A stretch of 64,000 nt of DNA. Source: Vulcanimicrobiaceae bacterium (lineage in GTDB: Bacteria; Verrucomicrobiota; Verrucomicrobiia; Limisphaerales; Palsa-1400). Numbering within the stretch: the stretch's first letter is position 1; the number at the start of each line of letters is the position of its first letter. The stretch spans positions 66,085 to 130,084 of the forward strand of contig DATKFW010000108.1 in assembly GCA_035511075.1 (NCBI GenBank). The letters are read 5' to 3'. Position numbers and translations under genes: made by a program. The notes beneath the pieces were generated by a model. It was not told the DNA's origin, made no database searches, and worked only from the letters and a program-made list of their open reading frames with translations. Positions 54,077-62,079 of this stretch are shown here, piece by piece.

Positions 54077-55543
54077 ATGATGAATGTAATGCAAACAACG
54101 GAACCCAACGATGCCGCTTTAGTGGCGGAATGTCTTGACGGAAGCCGGGACGCTTTTCGCCAGATTGTTGGACGTTATCAAACCTTGATCTGTTCCCTGG
54201 CTTATTCGGCCACTGGCAACGTGAGCCAGAGCGAGGACATGGCCCAGGAAACGTTCATGGCCGCCTGGAAAGACCTCCGGCTCCTGCGCGAACCGCAGAA
54301 ACTGCGCCCCTGGCTTTGCGGCATCGTCCGAAACCGGATTCAAAAAAGCATGCGACGGGACGGACGCGAACCAGTCTATAACGCGACGCCACTGGAAGAC
54401 ACCGACGATGCGCCGGCGCGCGAGGCTCTTCCGTCGGAGCAAACGATCAGCCGCGAGGAACAAGTGATCCTGTGGCGTTCGTTGGAAAAAATACCTGAAC
54501 TTTACCGCGAGCCGCTGGTCTTGTTTTATCGCGAAGACCAATCCATCCAGCAAGTGGCCGAGGCCCTGGAGTTGTCCCAGGACGCGGTAAAGCAGCGGCT
54601 TTCCCGCGGACGCAAATTGTTGCAGGAGGAGGTCCAGGCTTTTGTGGAGGGCGCTTTGCGGCGGACGGCGCCGAGTCCCGCCTTTTCGGGCGCGGTGCTG
54701 GCGGCGCTGCCCGCGGCGGCAGGGCCGGCCGCACCGGCCAGTCTGGGAGCGGGATTCAAGGGGACGGCTGCGGCGAAGTCGGGTTTGCTGGCCGCCTGGC
54801 TGGGGCCGTTTCTCGGATTCTTTGCCGGTTTCGTGGCCCAATGGATGATCGTTCGCGGGAGCACGACGGAAGGCGAACGCCGGGGCAAATTGTTTGGGTT
54901 GATTCTTACATGGATGTGGTTGCTGGGATGTCCTGTGGCCGGCGAGTTTTCCTTGCGGTGGCTGGGGCAACACTCTGGGTGGAGTGACCGGACACGTTTT
55001 GTTTCAGAGGCAGTTTTCTGGTGCTCCTGGTGCATCGTTCTGGCCACATGGCTCATTATGGGGTTTCGGAGGGAGTTGGCCCTCCGCTTGCGAGACAAGG
55101 AGGGCATGAAAACTTCGCTTCAAGCCGTTGCGCCACCGTTGACGGCGGTGCAATCCGCATTGATCGTGGCGGTATGTTATCTGCCGATGTGTTCGTGGTT
55201 GATACCGCTGACGTGGCGCGAAGGTGATCGGATAGCGGCGGCGGCTGTCACGGGCGCAATGCTGGTGCTCGGTGCCTGGAGTTTCCTCCAGCTTCGAGGC
55301 AAAGCGGGGGTGGCTGCCACACGGCTGGCTTATGGCCACCTGGCACTGTTATGCGCCGGAGTTGTGGCGATCATCAATCTCCGCCTGGACGTTTGGGCGG
55401 CGGCGGCGTACGGGGTCAGCGTGGCCGCAGTGCATAGCCTGCTGCCCTTTTGGATTATTCCACTGCTCACTTTGACCCTCGCGGCGTGGGTTGCGGCCGT
55501 CCTGGCATTGACAAGCCCAAGACTCCGCCCCGAGCAATATTAA
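54077..55543 (+). CDS. ECF-type sigma-70 factor fused to a C-terminal polytopic membrane domain
   Basis: ATG 54077. Sigma region 2 (FRQIVGRYQTLICSLAYSATGNVSQSEDMAQETFMAAWKDL) and region 4 (YREPLVLFYREDQSIQQVAEALELSQDAVKQRLSRGRKLL). About 290 aa follow with about 7-8 hydrophobic helices. The track's N-terminal extension (53786..) overlaps the pilin-like gene. Confidence 0.75.
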   Translation: MMNVMQTTEPNDAALVAECLDGSRDAFRQIVGRYQTLICSLAYSATGNVSQSEDMAQETFMAAWKDLRLLREPQKLRPWLCGIVRNRIQKSMRRDGREPVYNATPLEDTDDAPAREALPSEQTISREEQVILWRSLEKIPELYREPLVLFYREDQSIQQVAEALELSQDAVKQRLSRGRKLLQEEVQAFVEGALRRTAPSPAFSGAVLAALPAAAGPAAPASLGAGFKGTAAAKSGLLAAWLGPFLGFFAGFVAQWMIVRGSTTEGERRGKLFGLILTWMWLLGCPVAGEFSLRWLGQHSGWSDRTRFVSEAVFWCSWCIVLATWLIMGFRRELALRLRDKEGMKTSLQAVAPPLTAVQSALIVAVCYLPMCSWLIPLTWREGDRIAAAAVTGAMLVLGAWSFLQLRGKAGVAATRLAYGHLALLCAGVVAIINLRLDVWAAAAYGVSVAAVHSLLPFWIIPLLTLTLAAWVAAVLALTSPRLRPEQY

Positions 55544-55603
55544 CCGCCGCCGGCCGCACAAAAACCTTGATTTCCCGGCCGGATTTTTGCACTAGGTGCG
55601 GGC

Positions 55604-56524
55604 ATGTCAGGCATTGTCCGGAGGAAAAGGTCGTCCCAGGCCTTTGACCTGCAACGGTATTTGGCGCAACAAACAGCCGCGGTCGATCGCGCGTTGGACC
55701 ACTTTTTGCCGCCGGCCACAGCCAAACCGGCAACCATCCACCGAGCGATGCGATATTCAATCTTCGCGGGCGGAAAACGGATGCGTCCGGCTCTTTGCCT
55801 GGCTGCGGCGGAAGCTTGCGGGGGAAGGACCGGCGACGCCATGCCGCTCGCCTGCGCCGTGGAATGCATCCACACCTATTCCCTTATTCACGATGACCTG
55901 CCTGCAATGGATGACGACGATCTGCGCCGCGGGAAGCCGACCAATCACAAAGTCTTTGGCGAAGGGATCGCCATCCTGGCGGGGGACGCTTTGTTGACAG
56001 AAGCTTTTGCGCTGGCCTGCCGGTGCAAGGGTTGGGACCGCTATCCGCACCGGAACATCATTTTTGAATTGGCGGAAGCATCCGGCTCCAGGGAGCTGAT
56101 CGCCGGCCAGGTGGCCGATTTGGAAGGCGAGGGCAGGGACATCTCCGCCTCGCAACTGCGATACATTCACGAGCGCAAGACGTCCGCGCTGCTTCGTTGC
56201 TCCGCTCGATTGGGGGGGATGAGCGCCAATTGCACTCCCCGCCAGCTCCAGGCCTTGAGCGATTTCGGATATAACGTCGGACTGGCGTTTCAAATTATCG
56301 ACGACATTCTGGATGTCACCCAAACCAGCCAACAGTTGGGCAAAACATCGGGCAAGGATACCGCTGCCCAGAAGGCGACTTATCCCAAGATTGTGGGCAT
56401 GGAAAAATCGCGGGAAATCGCTGCCCAATTGACCGGGCGGGCGTTCCGCGCGCTGGAGATTTTCAAAGGCAATGCGCCGGCGTTGGCGGCGCTGGCGGAA
56501 TTCCTTTTGAACCGGGACAAGTAG
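55604..56524 (+). CDS. Short-chain polyprenyl diphosphate synthase (FPP/GGPP synthase, IspA family)
   Basis: First DDxxD region SLIHDDLPAMDDDDLRRGKPTNH. Second motif FQIIDDILD. Confidence 0.85.
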   Translation: MSGIVRRKRSSQAFDLQRYLAQQTAAVDRALDHFLPPATAKPATIHRAMRYSIFAGGKRMRPALCLAAAEACGGRTGDAMPLACAVECIHTYSLIHDDLPAMDDDDLRRGKPTNHKVFGEGIAILAGDALLTEAFALACRCKGWDRYPHRNIIFELAEASGSRELIAGQVADLEGEGRDISASQLRYIHERKTSALLRCSARLGGMSANCTPRQLQALSDFGYNVGLAFQIIDDILDVTQTSQQLGKTSGKDTAAQKATYPKIVGMEKSREIAAQLTGRAFRALEIFKGNAPALAALAEFLLNRDK

Positions 56525-56602
56525 GGTTTGTCCAATTCGTGAAGCGGCGCGCCATCCATTCAGCAGTTGCGCCCGGGCCGGGATTCGGATAGATTATGGA
56601 CG

Positions 56603-56857
56603 ATGAAAGTGCGATTGGACCTGCTGGAGCACTTGACGGACCAGGACATTCTAGAGGAAGTCCTGGCAAACAATCACCGTTACAAGCCAGAGCCGCTTTT
56701 CTCAAAAACCGGAGTTGGGAGCTTGTCGTCGGCCTCAACCAAGGAGCGTGCGCAAGAGGAGGCGCGCAGCACGGCCAGAATTCAGAGAGCCATGCGGCGG
56801 TTGAAGCAGAGTGGCGGCAAAGCCAAACCGAAGTCCGATCCCTCGCTGAAGTCGTAG
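56603..56857 (+). CDS. Hypothetical protein, possibly the 5' part of a frame-split gene
   Basis: MKVRLDLLEHLTDQDILEEVLANNHRYKPEPLFSKTGV...KAKPKSDPSLKS* looks coding. It ends at TAG 56855-56857, exactly where the -1 frame begins to look coding. Confidence 0.4.
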   Translation: MKVRLDLLEHLTDQDILEEVLANNHRYKPEPLFSKTGVGSLSSASTKERAQEEARSTARIQRAMRRLKQSGGKAKPKSDPSLKS

Positions 56858-57225
56858 AATTCCTGCGGCGATGTCATCGCCGCGCCCCGTTTCTCTTTTT
56901 CAACGGCAACACGTTTGCCGATGTTGGCCGCACCCTCGTTGACGTGGTATTGGCTGACTTGCCTACGAGCCGACGCCGCGAAATCATGTCTGCCGTTGCC
57001 CATTACATCGCCGGAGTGTTGCCATGGGAAGCGATGGCCGGGATCGTTGATTCGCTTTGCGAAACCACCGATTGGAAGGGGGGCGACCGCGTCAAGACGC
57101 TGCGCGGTTCGCTGCGTGGAACGATTCTTCGTGTGCTCAAGGACGGTCGCGTCACATGGAAAGCAGACGGCACGGACAGTGAATTGACTGCGCTTCCCGA
57201 AAGCCTGGTCCGCGAAGTTCAATAA
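56858..57225 (+). CDS. Hypothetical protein, 3' part of the possible frame-split gene (no start codon near its coding-like onset)
   Basis: The frame of ORF 56596..57225 reads ...LAEVVEFLRRCHRRAPFLFFNGNTFADVGRTLVDVVLADL...GGDRVKTLRGSLRGTILRVLKDGRVTWKADG with G/C-rich third positions. The first in-frame starts are GTG 56944 and ATG 56986, well inside the coding-like stretch. Confidence 0.35.
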
Positions 57226-57257
57226 ATTGCCGATCGCGAAGAACTCCAGGCCGACCG

Positions 57258-58019
57258 TCAAGGCGGATCCATGTCCGCTTCCGAAACCACGGAGGACTTA
57301 TGGTAATGCAGGGTGACACTGGCTTCCATATGCAACGGCCCATTGACGCCACTGACCGCGGGCGTGATGGTAATGCCGCTTTCATGGGCGTCTTCCACGT
57401 CGCCAAGTTGAATGCCCAAAGTCGCTGCCATGGTTTGGGCCCTGTCTTGCGCTTCCTTCGTGGCCGCCGCGATGAGTTGGGTGCGCTGCCGCGAGGCGGG
57501 ATTCACATCAAAGGAGATTCCCGCCAATCGCGTGGCTCCGGCTTTGGTCGCCGTTTCGACCACGCTCCCGATATCGGTGAGTTGGTTGCCTTCCAAATTG
57601 ACTTCAATAGTTTCACCAGTGCGAAATCCCGCAATCGAGGCCGGATGGTCCTTGGTGGCGGGCATCGCCAAAGTCGGAACCACAGTGACGGCAGAGGGAT
57701 GAATCTCCTCCCTCGTGATTCCCAGTGTTTCCAGCGCCTGGAAGACCCGTGCGACGGAATCGCTGAGGCCGCCTTGCGACGAGGTGGCATCGGCATTTTG
57801 GCACTCCACAATAAAGCGAACGTGAGCAAGATCCGGGGTCGCGTCCACGGATGCCTTGCCCGTGGCCGTCAGTCGCTGCGTGTCCGCAGACGGGGGTATC
57901 ACCGGGCCGCCGACGACGGTCTGGCCGGGTACAACCTGACACTGGGCCGTCAAACAGAAACCGAAGAGGGCAACCGCCGTCGCCGCAATTCCCGATCGAG
58001 AACTCCATCTTATTTGCAT
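57258..58019 (-). CDS. SIMPL/DUF541-family periplasmic protein
   Basis: ATG 58019 gives signal peptide MQIRWSSRSGIAATAVALFGFCLTAQC. LTATGKASVDATPDLAHVRFIV...RVFQALETLGITREEI... is typical of the 26-kDa periplasmic immunogenic protein family. Confidence 0.7.
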   Translation of the reverse strand: MQIRWSSRSGIAATAVALFGFCLTAQCQVVPGQTVVGGPVIPPSADTQRLTATGKASVDATPDLAHVRFIVECQNADATSSQGGLSDSVARVFQALETLGITREEIHPSAVTVVPTLAMPATKDHPASIAGFRTGETIEVNLEGNQLTDIGSVVETATKAGATRLAGISFDVNPASRQRTQLIAAATKEAQDRAQTMAATLGIQLGDVEDAHESGITITPAVSGVNGPLHMEASVTLHYHKSSVVSEADMDPP

Positions 58020-58153
58020 AAACAAACGTAGGGGCGGGCGGCGGCAAAACAAGAGGGGTAATATACCCACCCCTCAGGCCAGATTACCCCGGCTTTATTT
58101 TTTACCGCCGCAGGGCAGTTTGGCATTACAGTAACGGGCGAATCGGAATCGTT

Positions 58154-59044
58154 ATGAAAGATCACGCATCAAAACCCGGATTGCACATCGGCGAATTGCA
58201 TTGGCGCCACATGGCACGCAGCTTGATCCGAAGGTGCTCCAAGGACCGTCTGGCTGATCAATCGGCCCAGCTTTCCTACTACTTTTTATTTGCCGTCTTT
58301 CCGATGTTGCTATTCTTGACGGCATTGGTTGGATTCTTCGCCGTGCCGGGAACCGTCACGCAGCGCGTTATTTCCCAATACCTGGGGGCGATTCTTCCCC
58401 ATCAGGCCTCAAGCTTTATCGATTCGTCCCTCAGGGAAATCGCCAGCGGCAGCAGCGCGGGGAAACTGACCCTGGGCCTGTTGATTGCGCTGTGGTCGGG
58501 TTCCAGCGGAATGGGCGCGATCATTCACGGGCTTGACCTGGCCTACGGGGTGCGTGACGAACGGCCCTGGTGGCGGGAAAAAATTCTCGCTCTTGTGCTG
58601 ACCGTCGTGGTGACTTTTCTGATGGTCGTTGCGTTGTTGCTTGTCGTTTCAGGCGGTGATCTGGCCGCCGCCCTGGCAGCGCGATTTGCCTGGGGAGAAG
58701 AATTTACCCTGGTGTGGAATGTGGCGCAATGGCCGGTGCTGTTGATGTTTGTGCTGCTTGCGTTCGGCCTGATTTATTATTTTGCGCCCAACATCCCGCG
58801 TGAGCAATTGCGACGCCTGGTCCCCGGAACCGTGATTGGCGTGGGAATATGGCTGTTGGTTTCTTTGGCATTCCGATACTATGTCCATCATTTCGGCCAC
58901 TACAGCGTGACCTACGGAGCCATTGGCGCGGTCATCGTTCTGATGCTTTGGTTTTATCTTTCCAGCATGGCCATTCTCATCGGAGGAGAGGTCAATTCCA
59001 TCCTCGAGCGCGCCCTCGAGGATGCCGGCGGCGGCGAGCCGTAG
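58154..59044 (+). CDS. YihY/BrkB-family inner-membrane protein
   Basis: DRLADQSAQLSYYFLFAVFPMLLFL, six TM helices, SSMAILIGGEVNSILE. Confidence 0.8.
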   Translation: MKDHASKPGLHIGELHWRHMARSLIRRCSKDRLADQSAQLSYYFLFAVFPMLLFLTALVGFFAVPGTVTQRVISQYLGAILPHQASSFIDSSLREIASGSSAGKLTLGLLIALWSGSSGMGAIIHGLDLAYGVRDERPWWREKILALVLTVVVTFLMVVALLLVVSGGDLAAALAARFAWGEEFTLVWNVAQWPVLLMFVLLAFGLIYYFAPNIPREQLRRLVPGTVIGVGIWLLVSLAFRYYVHHFGHYSVTYGAIGAVIVLMLWFYLSSMAILIGGEVNSILERALEDAGGGEP

Positions 59045-59091
59045 CGCCCGCTCTCGCTTGCATCGGGGGCGTCCATCGCTAATATCCTCGC

Positions 59092-61353
59092 ATGGCGTCC
59101 GCAAAACGTTCCTCAACCGGCACCGATCCCGCGCCGCGCCCGTTCATCGCGCCGGAAACACGGATGCGCGAATTCACGCCGCGCTCGATCATTCTGGGCG
59201 CCATTCTGGGCATGGTCTTCGGGGCCTCCTCACTTTACCTGGTGCTCAAGGTTGGCATCACGGTCAGCGCCTCAATCCCCGTGGCCGTTATTTCGCTCAC
59301 GCTGTTTCGTCTTTGGAAGAAGCTCGGCGGCCGGGACGCGACGGTGCTGGAAAATAACATCGTCCAGACCGCCGGTTCGGCAGGCGAATCGATAGCCTTC
59401 GGAGTCGGCGTAACGATGCCGGCGATAATGATTCTCGGCTTCGACCTGGAGGTGACGCGCCCGATGCTGGTCGGCCTGCTGGGCGCGTTGTTGGGCATCC
59501 TCATGATGATTCCGCTGCGCCGGGCGCTGATCGTCCAACAACACGGCCAATTGAAGTACCCGGAGGGGACGGCGTGCGCGGAAGTTCTCAAAGCCGGGGC
59601 GAACGAGGAATCGCGCGCCGCCTCGCAGTACACCGATGAAAAACACACGGTGCATCAGGGCGGGGCCGTGATTTTTTGGGGATTTGGCGTGGGCCTGATT
59701 TATAAGATAGCGATGTCGGCGTTCAAAGCGTGGAAGGACACGCCGGAAAAAATCTTCGGACCGCCCTTTGCCGGCGCCTCGATCTCCGCCGAGATTTCCC
59801 CGGAGCTATTGGGCGTGGGCTACATCATCGGCCCGCGCATTTCGTGCATCATGGCCGCCGGCGGCGTGCTTTCGTACTTGGTGTTGATTCCGCTGATCCT
59901 CTTTTTCGGCAGGGGGGCGGCCGGGGCCGTCGCGCCGGGGCACGTGCCAATCAGCCAGATGGGGCCCGACGACGTTCGAGGCGCTTACATTCTTTACATC
60001 GGCGCGGGCGCGGTGGCGGCGGGAGGAATCATCAGCTTGCTGCGGTCACTCCCGTTGATCTGGCACGGAATACGCGCTGGGCTGTCGGATTTCGGCGCCG
60101 CGGGGGCCCAGGCGCGGGCGGGGGCGGCGCGGACGGAACAGGACCTTTCGATGAAAGTGGTGATTTTCGGCTGCGTGGTGCTGATGGCGGCGATCTGGCT
60201 CACGCCCGCGCTCAACATGAATACGATGGGGGCGGTGCTGATCGTTGTGTTCGGATTTCTGTTTGTCACCGTCTCGTCGCGCCTGACGGGGGAGATCGGT
60301 TCGTCATCGAACCCCATTTCCGGGATGACGGTCGCCACGCTATTGTTGACATGCCTGATCTTCCTGCTCGCCGGCTGGACCGGCGTCGGTTATTACGTCA
60401 CGGCCCTTTCCGTGGGCGGCATCGTGTGCGTGGCGGCCTCCAACGGCGGAGCCACTTCGCAGGATTTGAAGACGGGATTCCTTCTGGGCGCGACGCCAAG
60501 GTACCAGCAAATTGCCATCATGATCGGGGCGGCGTTTTCGGCGATTGCGTTGAGTCCGATTTTGCTCGGGCTGAACGCGGCGGGGACCGTTTACGTTCCG
60601 ATTGCCAGGGTGTCCCCGGGTCTCCACGCTCCGGCCGGGGCGGTTCTTGGGGCTTCTGAACACCTTGTGGGCCCTCAGGCCGCAGACGACACCAAAACCT
60701 ATCACGTCTGGCAAAAAACGGACGATGCCGGGGGGCGTCAGGGCAGGTACCTTGTGGACGACGGAGGCGCGGCGGTCTATTTCGTTGACCCCGGAATTAA
60801 CGGCTCGTTCAGGACGCGGCCTGACGGGACGCAAGTGCGGAAGTATTCCGCGCCCAAGGCCGTGCTGATGTCCTACATCATCAAAGGCATCCTGAGCGCG
60901 CAATTGCCGTGGGCGCTGGTGTTGCTGGGGGTGATGATCTCGGTTGTCCTTGAATTGTCCGGGATTCCGTCGCTGGCTTTTGCGGTCGGGGTTTACCTTC
61001 CTCTCTCGTCGTCGTCGCCGCTGATGATCGGGGGATTGGTGCGGTGGCTGGTGGATCGGGGACATCGCAAACGAATGAGTCAATTAAATCTTTCGGAGGA
61101 GCAAATGTCCGCCGAGACCGACCGAAGTCCGGGCGTATTGCTGGCAAGCGGTTACATTGCGGGCGGGGCGATTGCCGGGATTGTCATTGCGTTCATGGCC
61201 GGGGTCTTGAGCAAAAAGGACGCCGCCGTGACAAGCTGGGCCGAGGCGCGCAATCCATTTTACGCCGGACCCGGCGCCGATCTGCTGGCGTTGATACCGT
61301 TCCTGGGGCTCATGGCATTGTTGTATATGGCCGGCCGTCGCTCGAAGGCGTAA
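59092..61353 (+). CDS. OPT-family oligopeptide transporter
   Basis: 753 aa and about 16 TM helices. REFTPRSIILGAILGMVFGASSLYLVLKVGITVSASIPVAVIS, GESIAFGVGVTMPA, SSNPISGMTVATLL. Confidence 0.85.
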   Translation: MASAKRSSTGTDPAPRPFIAPETRMREFTPRSIILGAILGMVFGASSLYLVLKVGITVSASIPVAVISLTLFRLWKKLGGRDATVLENNIVQTAGSAGESIAFGVGVTMPAIMILGFDLEVTRPMLVGLLGALLGILMMIPLRRALIVQQHGQLKYPEGTACAEVLKAGANEESRAASQYTDEKHTVHQGGAVIFWGFGVGLIYKIAMSAFKAWKDTPEKIFGPPFAGASISAEISPELLGVGYIIGPRISCIMAAGGVLSYLVLIPLILFFGRGAAGAVAPGHVPISQMGPDDVRGAYILYIGAGAVAAGGIISLLRSLPLIWHGIRAGLSDFGAAGAQARAGAARTEQDLSMKVVIFGCVVLMAAIWLTPALNMNTMGAVLIVVFGFLFVTVSSRLTGEIGSSSNPISGMTVATLLLTCLIFLLAGWTGVGYYVTALSVGGIVCVAASNGGATSQDLKTGFLLGATPRYQQIAIMIGAAFSAIALSPILLGLNAAGTVYVPIARVSPGLHAPAGAVLGASEHLVGPQAADDTKTYHVWQKTDDAGGRQGRYLVDDGGAAVYFVDPGINGSFRTRPDGTQVRKYSAPKAVLMSYIIKGILSAQLPWALVLLGVMISVVLELSGIPSLAFAVGVYLPLSSSSPLMIGGLVRWLVDRGHRKRMSQLNLSEEQMSAETDRSPGVLLASGYIAGGAIAGIVIAFMAGVLSKKDAAVTSWAEARNPFYAGPGADLLALIPFLGLMALLYMAGRRSKA

Positions 61354-61452
61354 TTGCCCGCTCTAACGGGAGCGCACCGGCGTCTAATGGGCGCGGTGGC
61401 TATTGGGTTCGTTTGGAGTTGTCGCCAATCGCCGCTTCCGTATTCTTCAGAG

Positions 61453-62019
61453 GTGAGCGAGTTCACTCAAATTTTGGACCGGATGGAAAAGGGCGATGCG
61501 GAAGCGGCCGGCGAATTGCTGCCGATTGTTTACGACGAACTCCGCCGACTCGCGGCGCATAAGATGGCCAATGAAGCCGCCGGTCATACGCTCCAGCCCA
61601 CGGCATTGGTCCATGAAGCGTGGATGCGCCTGGGCGGCGACGACGCTCCGCAATTTCGGAATCGCGCGCATTACTTCGGCGCGGCTGCGGAGGCGATGCG
61701 CCGCATTCTAATTGACCACGCGCGGCGAAGATTGGCGGCGAAGCGGGGCGCGGGCGCCAATGCCGTCGGCCTGGATCAACTCGAGATTGCTTCTCCCGCG
61801 GCGGATGACGACCATTTGATTGCCATGAACGAAGCGTTGGAAAAACTTGCCGCCGTTGCTCCACGAAAAGCGGAACTTGTAAAGCTGCGTTATTTCGTTG
61901 GACTGAGTTTTGAGGAATCGGCCGCGGCGTTGGGCATCGCGATTCCGACGGCCAAGCAATGGTGGGCTTATGCGCGATCCTGGCTCATCGTTGAGATGCG
62001 GCTTTCGGCATCGCGCTGA
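61453..62019 (+). CDS. ECF sigma factor of the Sigma70_ECF (PF07638-like) type
   Basis: VSEFTQILDRMEKGDAEAAGELLPIVYDELRRLAAHKMANEAAGHTLQPTALVHEAWMRL... and region 4 ELVKLRYFVGLSFEESAAALGIAIPTAKQWWAYARSWL. GTG 61453 is preferred. The ORF is open from 61354, immediately after the OPT stop. Confidence 0.75.
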   Translation: MSEFTQILDRMEKGDAEAAGELLPIVYDELRRLAAHKMANEAAGHTLQPTALVHEAWMRLGGDDAPQFRNRAHYFGAAAEAMRRILIDHARRRLAAKRGAGANAVGLDQLEIASPAADDDHLIAMNEALEKLAAVAPRKAELVKLRYFVGLSFEESAAALGIAIPTAKQWWAYARSWLIVEMRLSASR

Positions 62020-62079
62020 GATCGGAGCGGGAGAGGCTGGGCGCCCGTTAATCGGTTTTGATTTGCCGCCGAATCGATT

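Noticed and set aside
56782-57261. 159-aa minus-strand ORF
   Set aside because: It competes with the plus-strand frame, which has the better coding look (G/C third positions, balanced composition). No motif. I kept the plus-strand interpretation, but with low confidence.
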